Source: Kiritimatiellia bacterium (GTDB taxonomy: Bacteria; Verrucomicrobiota; Kiritimatiellia; JAAZAB01). From it: a stretch of DNA of 64,000 bases. Below, one piece after another: positions 1 through 10,259 of this stretch. The notes under the pieces are model-generated. The model made no database searches. It was given only the letters and a program-made list of their open reading frames with translations, and was not told the origin of the DNA. The translations under genes and the position numbers were made by a program. Where the stretch lies: positions 1-64,000 of the forward strand of contig JAXGPF010000010.1 in assembly GCA_040767085.1 (NCBI GenBank), read 5' to 3'. Numbering within the stretch: position 1 is the first letter of the stretch; the number at the start of each line of letters is the position of its first letter.

Positions 1-628
1 AATCAAACGCATTTTGCTTGATCATTAACGGGGTATAGCTTAATTGAAGCACCCAGAGGCCGGTATCATCCAGGCAATCCACAATGTCTGAAACAAACGA
101 TTTTGGATCCTCCAGTCCGTAAAACATTGCAATGGAAGTGATAACACTGGCCTTGCGCCCGCCGCTCAGATACATGAACCGTTCCTTTGTGAAAAAGTCA
201 GAAGTATGAGCTTCACAATGCTGGCGCGCCTGTTCGGCAAGGTTTTCGGCAGGGTCAATCCCTATCCGAAACAGTTTAAGATCGGACGGCAATTGTTTTA
301 ACAGAGTCCCATCGTTACAACCGATATCACACACAATATCGCCAGGGCGCAATCGTATCCAAGCGCGAAATCCAGTTATCACGTCGGCAAGCTGGCGAGT
401 CATGGTGTCATTTGTGCCGGAGCGATACCAATACTGACGATAAAGGGGCGGCCGCGCCACAGAGTCCATCAATTGAAGCAATCCCGACTCAGCCCCAATA
501 CCAATCCGCAGGGGAGCACGCGGCGCATTTAGGTCTGGTTTTGGGAAAAAATTGGAAACATACAAATCGCCTAGGTCAATCACTTGACTAAGTGGTTTGC
601 CGGATAGTCTGCACGTTTTGTGTTGCAT
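1..628 (-). CDS. Class I SAM-dependent methyltransferase, NDP-hexose C-methyltransferase-like (partial, runs off the window start)
   Basis: Manual translation from ATG at 628: MQHKTCRLSG..VIDLGDLYVSNF..YWYRSGTN..VCDIGCNDGTLL..IGIDPAENL..VITSIAMFY. SAM-binding motif DIGCNDG and N-terminus typical of sugar C-methyltransferases. Not in the ORF track because it is truncated. Confidence 0.85.
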   Translation of the reverse strand, partial: MQHKTCRLSGKPLSQVIDLGDLYVSNFFPKPDLNAPRAPLRIGIGAESGLLQLMDSVARPPLYRQYWYRSGTNDTMTRQLADVITGFRAWIRLRPGDIVCDIGCNDGTLLKQLPSDLKLFRIGIDPAENLAEQARQHCEAHTSDFFTKERFMYLSGGRKASVITSIAMFYGLEDPKSFVSDIVDCLDDTGLWVLQLSYTPLMIKQNAFD

Positions 629-648
629 GGGTAATGCCCTTTGTTATT

Positions 649-1902
649 TTAAATTGCCTGAATGACATCCCGATAATAATTTGCAAGTAATTCAGCGCTT
701 TTTGACCAACTGTTCTGACCTTTGTATTGAAGCGTGTATCGAAGTAAAATGTTAAGGTTTTCAAAAGCCCAATCAATTTTTTTGGCAAATGCTTCGGGGG
801 TTGATTCGAAAAGCACGATCGGATCAACATGTCCAGCAAAGGCGGTTGATCCAATAAAAGGGCGTTCATAGGAAGCGGCATGATTCAGAACGGCGCTAAC
901 TGTTTGAGGAATTACATAGGGCAAAACAATCAAGTCGGAAGCTGAAAACAAACCGGGAACATCCTTGTCGGCAACGAACCCGAGATGCCTGATTCGCGGG
1001 CAAGCGGCGATCCTGTCAGCAATACCCTTATACCATTGTTTGTATTCAGGCCGGTCTTTAATGCGTAATGGCTGGCCGCCTCCAATTAGAAGACGATATT
1101 TATTTTCAGGAAGCATTGCAAAAGCGTCAAGTAAAATATCTAAACCTTTACGCCAGTCAATAGTGCCAAAAAACAATAAAACACGGCAGTATGAATCAAA
1201 ACCAAGTATTTCCCGGCTAATTGTCCTGTCAGGAATCAATATATCCGTTTCGGTGCCTATGGGTAGAATTTGCACCTTGCGCTTGATATTTATTTCATTA
1301 ATAAGTCTGGTTTTGATTTTCTGGTGCTGAACACATACCATATTGGCGGAAAATGATGTGATTTTGTAGTAAAGCTTAAAGATCAGCCTGGCCGCAATCG
1401 GCGGAATCGGCAGACAAAATATTTTCATTAGTTCGGGTGTTAATATTTCTTTCCCGACTACTTCATGAAAGGTTATAATTACTTGTTTTTTCAGTATAAA
1501 TCTAATAATAAATAGCATCAAAGGGATCAACGGCACAGTCAAAGTTCCGCCGAATTGGTTGAATTCATGTTGGAGGTGAATAAGCCGTAAAGACGGGATT
1601 GATTTAACAGCACGGATAATTTGTATGAAATATTTTAGACGTCCTTTTTGCCATACTTCTTGTATAGCGATATTATTGTCTTCAAAATATTCAGGAAAAT
1701 TATTTTTGCGGTTGCTAAAAACGACATGGCGTTTTCGCTCAATATCTGGCAGTGCGTGCAACAAAGAACGTGAGTAGGCTGCTAAAGCGCAAAGGTCATT
1801 GGCGCTCGAATGACTATGTCCTTGGGATGGGTAAATTGTGATCGTTGCAACTTCGCGGTTGTTGTTGCAATTATTAGAATGATTGTGGTACGATTTTGGC
1901 AT
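649..1902 (-). CDS. Glycosyltransferase family 4 (GT-B fold)
   Basis: IHLQHEF, ITFHE, LLFFGTIDWRKGLDILLDAF and SDLIVLPY motifs; 417 aa. Confidence 0.9.
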   Translation of the reverse strand: MPKSYHNHSNNCNNNREVATITIYPSQGHSHSSANDLCALAAYSRSLLHALPDIERKRHVVFSNRKNNFPEYFEDNNIAIQEVWQKGRLKYFIQIIRAVKSIPSLRLIHLQHEFNQFGGTLTVPLIPLMLFIIRFILKKQVIITFHEVVGKEILTPELMKIFCLPIPPIAARLIFKLYYKITSFSANMVCVQHQKIKTRLINEINIKRKVQILPIGTETDILIPDRTISREILGFDSYCRVLLFFGTIDWRKGLDILLDAFAMLPENKYRLLIGGGQPLRIKDRPEYKQWYKGIADRIAACPRIRHLGFVADKDVPGLFSASDLIVLPYVIPQTVSAVLNHAASYERPFIGSTAFAGHVDPIVLFESTPEAFAKKIDWAFENLNILLRYTLQYKGQNSWSKSAELLANYYRDVIQAI

Positions 1903-2089
1903 TTAGCGTGTTAATATAGTGTATATGAATGATGGAAGACACTGGCTACAGGCCAACAATTATTATAACTCAAAAAATCAATTTAACAAATTAAGTTTTT
2001 TGGTAAAATAATGTGTCATAAATCAAAAAGTCAATAAAAAAATCCCAAAATTAATCTTTTGAAGTATACGACAGCGTCAAAACAATTAA

Positions 2090-4117
2090 ATGAAACAAAA
2101 TTTATTGAAAAATTATAAAATTGCTGTTTTTATATCAGCTTTATTTATAATAGCTGCTGTTTTTCGCCTGTATCAACTCGGCGCGCCGTCATTCCGCGCC
2201 GATACCATGCTTTTTCAGGGAATATGCAGCCAGCCGATATCCGCTTGGACACTTTTTGTTAACTGGTTGCAAATGCTCGGGAAGACCGCGCAATTCCCGT
2301 TTTCTATGGCATTTACAAAGTTCTGCATTGATTTATTCCATTTTCCGCCCAATCCTTTTTTCATACGCCTGCCAAACGCCTTGTTCGGAATTTTTACAGT
2401 TGGGGCCATGTATCTGCTTGGCCGCCAGTTGGCCGGGCGACGTTGCGGCTTATTTTTGGCACTTTTGCTGGCGGTAAATCCCTTCCATGTGCAGTTGTCG
2501 CGCGAGGCATATTTTTATTCCGCAATGCTGTTGGGCGTGACATTACAGGCCTGGGGCGCGCTCTGGATCTGGCGGCGCCGGAACTCGGCGCAGAAATATC
2601 CCTGGTGGTTTTTCGTATTAATGGCTATTAGCTTTTTCCTGATGACCTACAGCCATGTTTCCGGCTGGTGGGTCGGTGCGCCGATCACTTTGTTTGTCGG
2701 AGGGATACTGGGACGCCGCGCATATTTAAAATGTAATAAAATCCGTGATTTTTGGTCTTGGCTGTCACCGATTGTATTGGTTGGGGCGCCGCTTTTGTTT
2801 TTTGACTGGGCCGTACCGTATTTTTTGGCGGATTCATTGGATCCGGAATCCAAGGCCCAAAGTCGTTTGGTCATGGGGGGCGAGCATGGATCAATATTTG
2901 TTTTTTTATGGCAATTGGCCAGGAGCGCCGCGTGGGGCGCAACTGCGTTGCGTTCTATTTTCCTGGTGCTGGGCGGAGCGTTTGCCCTGGCCGCTTTGAT
3001 ATTGCGCCCGAGACGTTCCCAGCGTGGTTGGATTATTTTAGTGTTTTTAATGGCTGGGTTGGGTATTTATTACATGTCATTCCTGGCGGCAGGGGCTTTC
3101 GATTACGGCCAGCGGCATGTGGCTTTTTTGTTGCCGTTATACACAGCCATTCTTGGCTACGGATTATGGCGGTTGTCCGTTCTGCCGGTGTGGCGGCGCA
3201 TGATCAAAGAACAGTCCTGGCGGCGCGCCCCGGCATATGTGTTATCGGTGACGGCCGTCGCCCTGAATGTCTATCCCGCCTGGGTTGTGACCCAGTTGAC
3301 CGGGAGTCCCACGCCATACAAGGATATCCAGCGCTGGTGCAATACGGAACTGCCGCCAGGCACCCTGGTCCTGACCGACCGCTGGTTCGAACCTTGGAAC
3401 GAACTACGCCTCTATAATTCAACAAATGTTCATTTTACATTTACAATCCCAAATGATCCTCCCAACGTATATACAGGGCATAATTGGCGTGCCACGGCAA
3501 AGGCGTTTTTCGAGAAATATCCTGATTCCGGATATCTGTATTATGGAAACCACGATACGCGGCCGGAAGTAGGGCCATGGTCCTGGCCGGCGGAGTATTT
3601 TAGACAGAAGAAAACCTTTACCAATGTAGCCGGGCTCAAGTTGCGCAATATGGGGTTGGCCTACCGCGACGATTTTTATGATCCATATACAAATCTCGTG
3701 GTGATCAGCCTGTTTTATGATACCCGGGAGGACGCCCTGGCCAAGGCGCGCGACGCGGGACGGGAAACCGCGTTATTTTACGGGGCGGGGTGGGGGTACG
3801 ACAAATTATGGCGCCAACTTAACGATTTCCGCGACTGGCGCGTTTTGACGGATCGGGCGGTGCTGGATGTGTATAACCTGACCGGCCAGCCTCGCAAGGC
3901 GCGGGTACGATTGCGCGGGATGGCCATCAATGGCGGCAAGCGCGCTATGGGCCCTTCCGGTGCCTATCACGATTTCCGTCATTTACAGCTTGAGGAATGG
4001 GCCTTGCCGCCGGTGGATTTGCAGCCCGGGCTGAACCAGATAGCCTTGCATGATCCGATGTGGCGCGTGTCTAAAATTCCTTTGCTGGTGGACGATGCTC
4101 GCGTGGCTCCAGAGTAA
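2090..4117 (+). CDS. Polytopic membrane glycosyltransferase, GT39/ArnT/PMT-like, with a soluble C-terminal domain
   Basis: RLYQLGAPSFRAD, IRLPNALFG and NPFHVQLSREAYFYS motifs; many hydrophobic segments. Confidence 0.75.
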   Translation: MKQNLLKNYKIAVFISALFIIAAVFRLYQLGAPSFRADTMLFQGICSQPISAWTLFVNWLQMLGKTAQFPFSMAFTKFCIDLFHFPPNPFFIRLPNALFGIFTVGAMYLLGRQLAGRRCGLFLALLLAVNPFHVQLSREAYFYSAMLLGVTLQAWGALWIWRRRNSAQKYPWWFFVLMAISFFLMTYSHVSGWWVGAPITLFVGGILGRRAYLKCNKIRDFWSWLSPIVLVGAPLLFFDWAVPYFLADSLDPESKAQSRLVMGGEHGSIFVFLWQLARSAAWGATALRSIFLVLGGAFALAALILRPRRSQRGWIILVFLMAGLGIYYMSFLAAGAFDYGQRHVAFLLPLYTAILGYGLWRLSVLPVWRRMIKEQSWRRAPAYVLSVTAVALNVYPAWVVTQLTGSPTPYKDIQRWCNTELPPGTLVLTDRWFEPWNELRLYNSTNVHFTFTIPNDPPNVYTGHNWRATAKAFFEKYPDSGYLYYGNHDTRPEVGPWSWPAEYFRQKKTFTNVAGLKLRNMGLAYRDDFYDPYTNLVVISLFYDTREDALAKARDAGRETALFYGAGWGYDKLWRQLNDFRDWRVLTDRAVLDVYNLTGQPRKARVRLRGMAINGGKRAMGPSGAYHDFRHLQLEEWALPPVDLQPGLNQIALHDPMWRVSKIPLLVDDARVAPE

Positions 4118-4123
4118 GATAAT

Positions 4124-4322
4124 TTAAGCAGAAGGCGGACGAGAAGTATTTGAACAGAAGACTGAACAAGGCATGGAAGGGTGGCAGAGACGGAGGATTT
4201 GAAAAGAAGCGGAACAAGGGCGGCACAAGGGTTTTTTGGGTATTGAACAGAAGGCGGAGTCCGGCAAAGCCGGACGAAGGGTGGCGGGGACAGAGTTGTT
4301 TTACAGAAGGCGGAACAAGCAA
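4124..4322. repeat. Mosaic intergenic repeat: several degenerate TTGAACAGAAGGCGG(AACAAGG) units plus the hairpin GTCCGGC-AAA-GCCGGAC
   Basis: The unit recurs about 5 times here and at ~7763 (reverse), 15741, 20060 (reverse) and 21483 (reverse). Confidence 0.7.
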
Positions 4323-4596
4323 AGAAATGGCGTGTCTCAAAAACCAGCGCTTTTTCCCGCGCCTCATAAGCTTCCGCCGCGCATGCACCCCGCCTCAAGC
4401 CGGTTTCGCCGTGCTCCTGCGGGTCACCGCCAGATATAAGGAACGGGATATCGACGTACTGTGGCGGGTCGCCGCCTGATACAGATCAATGATGCGGCCC
4501 GGGCAGAATTTGCTCGGTTGTTTCATTTTCAACTAGAATTACGCCCTGATACAATTTTTAAATGCGTTTTAAGCCATTACCTTAAAGGATAAACAC

Positions 4597-5931
4597 ATGA
4601 CTCCAAAAATCACGCTCAGAACTTGGATAATGATATGCGCGGTTTTAATGCTGGCATTTGTTTATCAGCAAAATTTTATGCATAATTTTATGAAGGTTGG
4701 GAAAAAACCAGTTGCCGGCAGATGGCAGGCGGAAGTATTTGAGACCTACCAAAGCGACACCGCCATGCACGTTCCCATTATGTTGCAACAGGTCAAAAAT
4801 GATGGCGCCAAGCGTTTGCTTTATCCGATGCCATGTTACGCCCCTGGAACCGAAACAAATTATTATCCATCATGTTACGGTTTGCAAGGCAAAGTGGCGG
4901 GATTGCTATGGCTGGCGTCGCGCTCCGATTTGGATGTTCATGTCAAAAGAATGCAAACAGGTTTGACTTTTCTTACCGGCTTAATATTGTCTTTGTTTTT
5001 AATTAAAATATCCCGGGAATTCGGCTGGATAACGGGTGGAATATTCTTTTTGTTAAGCCTGTCATCCGTCTGGATGGTCTTTGCCGCCAGAAATCTTTAT
5101 CATGTATTTGCCACATGCCTGATGCCGTTTGCATATACATGGTTAAGATTTGAATGTTATGCTGACCGCCGGCGTTCACCGGCGCCACTGTTTGTCATTA
5201 CCGGGTTGTTAGTGTTTATCCGCGCCTTATGTTCGTATGAATACATAACCAATGTCATACTGGGAGCAACTATCGGCCCGGTTTATTTTTTGATATTGCG
5301 AAAAGCCGGGTTGCGCGCAATCGCCAGGTGGGGCATCGGACTTTGCCTTGCTGGCGCGGCTGGTTTTGGCGCGGCATTAGCGCTGCATTTATTGCAATCC
5401 GCATGGTCATTCGGCTCGTTTGCGGACGGCGTTGCAGCTTTGCGTGATGTCGCGTTCGCAAGAAGTTTCGGTGATGACGGCGGAGTAAGATCAGCCATCT
5501 CAAATGTCCCGCTGTTAGCAATCATTGATGCGTACCTCTTGCAAAACGCCTACAGCATTCCTCTGGCCGGATCCCGCACATCAATTTTATTGATGATTGG
5601 AACCGCTTGTGCGATCACCACATTTTTAACGATTGCCGCGGTGGCATGGTTCATGGAATATTACCCGAAAGTCGGGAATAGTGAAAAATATCAGCGTTTA
5701 TTTGCATTAACGCTGACAACATTCTGGGCAATGTGCTGCACATTTACGTGGCCGTTACTCATGAAAGGTCACATGTATCACCACATACATATGGCGCCAA
5801 AGTTGTTTTATATTCCATTTCTGCTGACATACGGCGTATTGATCGGGAGTATTATAGAAACCGCGATGCGCGCATTCTGGCCTTTCCGCCCTTTGGAAAA
5901 TTCCTGCGCAAAAAAAGCTAAAAAGAAATGA
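4597..5931 (+). CDS. Hypothetical polytopic membrane protein (possibly GT-C-like)
   Basis: 444 aa with many hydrophobic helices; AAGGA RBS upstream; ATGA overlap with the next gene. Confidence 0.7.
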   Translation: MTPKITLRTWIMICAVLMLAFVYQQNFMHNFMKVGKKPVAGRWQAEVFETYQSDTAMHVPIMLQQVKNDGAKRLLYPMPCYAPGTETNYYPSCYGLQGKVAGLLWLASRSDLDVHVKRMQTGLTFLTGLILSLFLIKISREFGWITGGIFFLLSLSSVWMVFAARNLYHVFATCLMPFAYTWLRFECYADRRRSPAPLFVITGLLVFIRALCSYEYITNVILGATIGPVYFLILRKAGLRAIARWGIGLCLAGAAGFGAALALHLLQSAWSFGSFADGVAALRDVAFARSFGDDGGVRSAISNVPLLAIIDAYLLQNAYSIPLAGSRTSILLMIGTACAITTFLTIAAVAWFMEYYPKVGNSEKYQRLFALTLTTFWAMCCTFTWPLLMKGHMYHHIHMAPKLFYIPFLLTYGVLIGSIIETAMRAFWPFRPLENSCAKKAKKK

Positions 5932-7403
5932 GCAACGACAACAAAAACGGAAAAGTAGTAATCCTGGGCGCCGGGCCGGCCGGCTGCGCCGCCGGGTATG
6001 ATCTGACCAAACACAATGCTGATGTCGTGCTGATTGAACGGTTGAGCCAGGTTGGCGGATTATCACGCACAATCAATCGCGGTAACGCCAAATATGATAT
6101 AGGGCCCCACCGTTTTTTTACCACGTCCGCAAAGGTGCGCGCCTTATGGGACGAAGTCGGGGGTAAATCACTGAAAGTGGTGCCGCGCATGACCCGCATT
6201 CTTTTCAACAACCACCTGTTCAATTACCCTTTACAACCTTTAAACGCTTTTATGGGGCTGGGCGTGTTGCGCAGCCTTGCCGCCATTACAAGCTACACCA
6301 AATCCAAGGCGCGCGTCGCATACGCTCCCCGCACGCCGCAGAACTTTGAAGAATGGGTCATCGATCAGTTTGGCAACACGCTGTATCGGACTTTTTTTAA
6401 GACTTACACGGAAAAGGTTTGGGGAATTCCATGTTCGGATATTTCGACAAAATGGGCATCACAACGCATCAAAGGATTAAACCTCAGCCAGGCAATTATC
6501 AACGCGTTACGCAAAACATCCGGTAGCGGGATCAAAACCCTGATAGATCACTTCATTTATCCATCCGATGGTTGTGGTTCAATCTACGAAAAACAAGCTG
6601 AAATAATTCTTCAAAAAAAAGGGCGGCTTCTGAAAAACACAGAGGTTGTTGCCGTCCGCCATGACGGCGCTGGGCGCATAACCGGCGTCGATCTGGCTAC
6701 CGCTGAAGGAATTAGCGCCATAGGTGGTGATTACTTCATTTCCACCATCCCGCTCACCGACCTGGTAAAAGCTATGCGCCCTTTGCCTCAATCACATGTT
6801 TTGAAAGCGGCGGACCAATTGAAATATCGCACCCATATTTCCGTAAATCTGCTGGTAGCCGGAAAATTGTTCACGGACAACTGGATTTACGTGCACAGCC
6901 CGTCGGTCAAAGTGGGACGCATCGCAAATTACCGTAATTTTTCCAACATGATGCATCATGACGCAGACATTACCCCTTTAACATTCGAATACTTCGTTTT
7001 CGATAATGACGCCATTGATAGTTTAACCGACAATGCCCTGATAGAGTTGGCGGTAACAGAAGGCTCAGCATGCAAATTGCTGCCCGGTGGCGTCGAAAAA
7101 ATATTGGACGCATTTGTTGTCAGAAATAAACAAGCATATTGCGTGATGTCCAAGGGCTTCGAGGCTGCCCAAAACATTCTGCGCGAATACACCGCGTCAT
7201 TTTCAAATCTTCAAGTGGCGGGACGGGCGGGAATGTTCAAATACAACAATCAGGATCATTCCATTATGACCGGCCTTTTAGCCGCTGAAAATGCCTTGGG
7301 TGGCAAGCACGACGTCTGGTCCGTTAACATTGATGCAGCATACCAGGAATCCGGCGCGGCGCCCAACCTGTGTGATGCTGATCGCGAGGAAATGAAGGTA
7401 TAA
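5928..7403 (+). CDS. FAD/NAD(P)-dependent oxidoreductase, UDP-galactopyranose mutase/protoporphyrinogen oxidase-like
   Basis: VVILGAGPAG Rossmann motif, DIGPHRFFT, YTEKVWG and GRAGMFKYNNQDHS. Confidence 0.85.
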   Translation: MSNDNKNGKVVILGAGPAGCAAGYDLTKHNADVVLIERLSQVGGLSRTINRGNAKYDIGPHRFFTTSAKVRALWDEVGGKSLKVVPRMTRILFNNHLFNYPLQPLNAFMGLGVLRSLAAITSYTKSKARVAYAPRTPQNFEEWVIDQFGNTLYRTFFKTYTEKVWGIPCSDISTKWASQRIKGLNLSQAIINALRKTSGSGIKTLIDHFIYPSDGCGSIYEKQAEIILQKKGRLLKNTEVVAVRHDGAGRITGVDLATAEGISAIGGDYFISTIPLTDLVKAMRPLPQSHVLKAADQLKYRTHISVNLLVAGKLFTDNWIYVHSPSVKVGRIANYRNFSNMMHHDADITPLTFEYFVFDNDAIDSLTDNALIELAVTEGSACKLLPGGVEKILDAFVVRNKQAYCVMSKGFEAAQNILREYTASFSNLQVAGRAGMFKYNNQDHSIMTGLLAAENALGGKHDVWSVNIDAAYQESGAAPNLCDADREEMKV

Positions 7404-7656
7404 CCTGGATTTTGCACCATGCAAAAAACATGTCCGCCATAGTCAAACGACGGCAAATCACACGGCCGGCTGCCGGTGTGCCCCCATAGCATGCAGCGCG
7501 AAGCCGTATGAATATGTGTGTTTCTGGAACCTGTTCTCGCGTAACTACTTGGGGGACAGCCGATAACCGTGCCAGAGCTGGTTTGCACACTATATCATTG
7601 TTTTAAATCACTTTAACGCCAATTCTTTGTGCAAAATAAGAACGCAAGCCGAGTCC

Positions 7657-7780
7657 CGCCTTCCGCCCTTGTTACGCCTTCCGTGAAGGATCAGAGGGGC
7701 AAAGGGTTCAGTTTTCAGGCGTAAAACCCTAAAACGTTAAACCTTAAAACTTGCAAATTTCTGCCTTCTGTTCAGAATTC
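7657..7780. repeat. Mosaic intergenic repeat (modules D-A plus inverted E)
   Basis: AGGGGCAAAGGGTTCAGTTTTCAGGCGTAAAACCCTAAAACGTTAAACCTTAAAACTTGCAAATTTC, nearly identical to ~10654-10720. Confidence 0.9.
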
Positions 7781-8866
7781 TTAATTCCCCCCTTGCATAC
7801 GTTGCGCCAGGGCCGCGTCCGCCAAAACCAGCGCGGCCATGGCTTCCACTACCGGAACGGCGCGGGGCAGGACGCAGGGGTCGTGCCGGCCGGGTACCTT
7901 TAATTCGATTTCGCGGCCGTCATAACCGGCGGAAGGCTGGGGCCGGGCAATGGTGGCGGTCGGCTTGAAGGCCACGCGCATAACCACCGGCGCGCCGTTG
8001 CTGATCCCGCCCTGGATGCCGCCGCTGCGGTTCGTGGCCGTGCGCAGTTGGCCATTGACCGCGATAAACAGGTCGTTGTGTTCCGAGCCGTGCAGGCGTG
8101 TTCCGGCAAAGCCGGAAGCGATCTCAAACCCCTTGACCGCGGGAATGGAAAACATGGCATGCGCCAGCAGGGCGTTGAGTTTGTCGAATACCGGGTCGCC
8201 CCAGCCGGCTGGCAGGTTGCGGCAGACGCAGGTGACGATTCCGCCCAGCGAATCCCCGTCCTGGCGCGCCTGGAGAATCGCTTCCGCCATGCGCGCGGCG
8301 ATGGCGGCATCCGGGCAGCGCACGGGCGAAGCATCCACCGCGGCGCGGGATATGTCCGACTCGCTCAAGTTCGGCGCCGTGATCTCGCCGATGGCGCTGA
8401 CCCAGGCCGTGATTTGCACTCCGAAAGTATGGACCAGGAATTTTTCCGCCACGGCGCCGGCTGCCACGCGCGCCGCGGTCTCGCGGGCGCTGGCGCGGCC
8501 GCCTCCGCTGGCGGAGGTCAAACCGTATTTGGCCCGGTATGTAAAATCGGCATGCGAGGGGCGGGGCGCCTCTTGCAGGATGGCATAATCCCGCGGGCGC
8601 TGGTCACGGTTCTCCATCAGCAGCGCCACCGGTCCGCCCTGGGTCAAGCCGTCTTCCACGCCGGAAAGAATTTGAACCCTGTCGGCTTCCTGGCGCTGGG
8701 TGGTTAATGCGCTTTGCCCGGGCCGGCGCCGGTCAAGCTGGGGCTGGATGTCCGCCGCGGATAATGGCAGCCGCGCCGGGCAGCCATCCACGACGGCGCC
8801 GATGGCCGGTCCGTGCGATTCGCCGAATGTGGCGACACGGAAAAATCTGCCAAAAATATTGCCCAT
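7781..8866 (-). CDS. aroC: Chorismate synthase
   Basis: TFGESHG, PRPSHAD, GGGRASARETA, GGIQGGISNG and GRHDPCV signatures. Confidence 0.98.
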   Translation of the reverse strand: MGNIFGRFFRVATFGESHGPAIGAVVDGCPARLPLSAADIQPQLDRRRPGQSALTTQRQEADRVQILSGVEDGLTQGGPVALLMENRDQRPRDYAILQEAPRPSHADFTYRAKYGLTSASGGGRASARETAARVAAGAVAEKFLVHTFGVQITAWVSAIGEITAPNLSESDISRAAVDASPVRCPDAAIAARMAEAILQARQDGDSLGGIVTCVCRNLPAGWGDPVFDKLNALLAHAMFSIPAVKGFEIASGFAGTRLHGSEHNDLFIAVNGQLRTATNRSGGIQGGISNGAPVVMRVAFKPTATIARPQPSAGYDGREIELKVPGRHDPCVLPRAVPVVEAMAALVLADAALAQRMQGGN

Positions 8867-8954
8867 AATTCATCTCCAAAGCAAGCAGTGTTCTGTCTTT
8901 GCGTTCAGCCGTAAAACCCAAGGCGGACGCGCGCCCGCAACTCCCGCGGTTTAT

Positions 8955-8990
8955 TTTATCCGCAGATTTCGCAGATTTGCGCAGATTATT
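8955..8990. repeat. 9-10 bp triplet repeat module F (ATCCGCAGATTTCGCAGATTTGCGCAGATT)
   Basis: Near-exact reverse complement at ~12610-12643; degenerate inverse copy at ~9872-9891. Confidence 0.8.
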
Positions 8991-9082
8991 TTACCTGAAT
9001 AAGGCAAACAGGATATGCCCATTGCCCAATCGCCGCGCCGGACCGGCATCTGCCGGTCTGACGGATCGGCTGATACGCTGGT

Positions 9083-9502
9083 TTATGTTATTTCTGGCGT
9101 ATGAATCGTTAATGCGGGAAATATAGGTGTAAAATCTTTGCGGTTACTGGTTAAAAGCCCTTTGCGTTCAGATGCAAAGGCGCCGATTAGAATGTCGGCC
9201 ACGGGCCTGCGCACGGTTTTATGTTCGCGCTTGTAATTTACATAACGCGACCAGGCCTTATGCGCCTGCTGCGTGTCTTCCCATCTCCAGGGTGTTGAAT
9301 AATTTATGCCTACATTTTCCAGAAAATCGTTCTGACGGACACGGTCTCCCAGGAATGCTGGGGCTAATTCCACGTAACTGACGGGACACAACGCCAGTCC
9401 GTCCCTGGCAAATTGATCCAGCAAGGATGCGGACGACTTGCCGAATTCCGGATCGTCATCAAGCACATCAATCACCAGGCACGTATCTACGACCCACGCC
9501 AT
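9083..9502 (-). CDS. vapC: PIN-domain (VapC-like) ribonuclease toxin
   Basis: MAWVVDTC N-terminus, ..YVEL.., ADILIGAFA and LLTSNRKDF PIN motifs; start moved to the ATG at 9502. Confidence 0.88.
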   Translation of the reverse strand: MAWVVDTCLVIDVLDDDPEFGKSSASLLDQFARDGLALCPVSYVELAPAFLGDRVRQNDFLENVGINYSTPWRWEDTQQAHKAWSRYVNYKREHKTVRRPVADILIGAFASERKGLLTSNRKDFTPIFPALTIHTPEIT

Positions 9503-9611
9503 TAAATTTCCCCTGAATTCACTATCATCCCATAGATACGGTTTATCACCGGAAAACGGCAATATTCTTTACGGAAATTGGAGTTTGGCGTAAATCACAG
9601 ATTCAGAAATA

Positions 9612-9952
9612 CACACACAAAGACACGAAGGCACAAAGATTTACACAAAATGATCAGATATATTACCAATTCCATGTCCGCCTGGCGGACAGCGCGGCAT
9701 CCCACTCAATTACTTTACATATATGCTCGTTTCTGTGCCTGTGCTTGCCTGCCGTAGCTTTAGCGAAGGCGGGCTGTGTCCGCCATAGCATCCGAGCGAA
9801 GGCAGATGGCTAATCCCTCCATCCGCTCATCCGTCTCGGTGGTAAAATATCCGCATCTTCTTTATGGCCGAAAATCTGCGTAATCTGTGGACAAAAAAAG
9901 GTTCCGAGGTAAATTATCCTAGTCTTCTTTGTGGCTTAGCGGCTTTGTGAGA
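9612..9952. repeat. Cluster of short repeat and hairpin modules between the antitoxin and toxin genes
   Basis: CACAAAGACACGAAGGCACAAAGA (~9616) with a degenerate inverse at ~9926-9950; palindrome-like CCTGCCGTAGCTTTAGCGAAGGCGGG (~9748); AATCTGCGTAATCTGTGGA (~9873). Confidence 0.65.
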
Positions 9953-10000
9953 GCATAAAGTGATTTTCTGTGGGATGCTACTGAAATTGGCTCCTAGGAT

Positions 10001-10252
10001 TCAGGTTTCCCCTTTACGTATTTCCGCCATCCATTCAGCAGTCGGGCGGACAGGGCGAAAGCGTTTGGCATAACCCCGCATGGCCATGGCGCCTTTGGCG
10101 CACTGGCGGGATTTGAGAAAAATCCTGCATTCGTTGCGGGAAACAGGCTCCCAGACAAGTTGTTGCCCCGGATCAACCTGCATCTGCTTCCGGATTTGTG
10201 CCGGTATGGAAATTTGTCCGCGTTCAGTTACCGTTGTGACTTGTGTTTTCAT
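10001..10252 (-). CDS. AbrB/MazE/SpoVT-family antitoxin
   Basis: TTVTERGQISIPAQIRKQMQVDPGQQLVW is a typical swapped-hairpin AbrB domain; 83 aa; lies upstream of the PIN gene. Confidence 0.9.
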   Translation of the reverse strand: MKTQVTTVTERGQISIPAQIRKQMQVDPGQQLVWEPVSRNECRIFLKSRQCAKGAMAMRGYAKRFRPVRPTAEWMAEIRKGET

Positions 10253-10259
10253 GCATCCG

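Noticed and set aside
7404-7650. Possible small gene or ncRNA after the oxidoreductase
   Set aside because: No convincing ORF or recognisable RNA structure.
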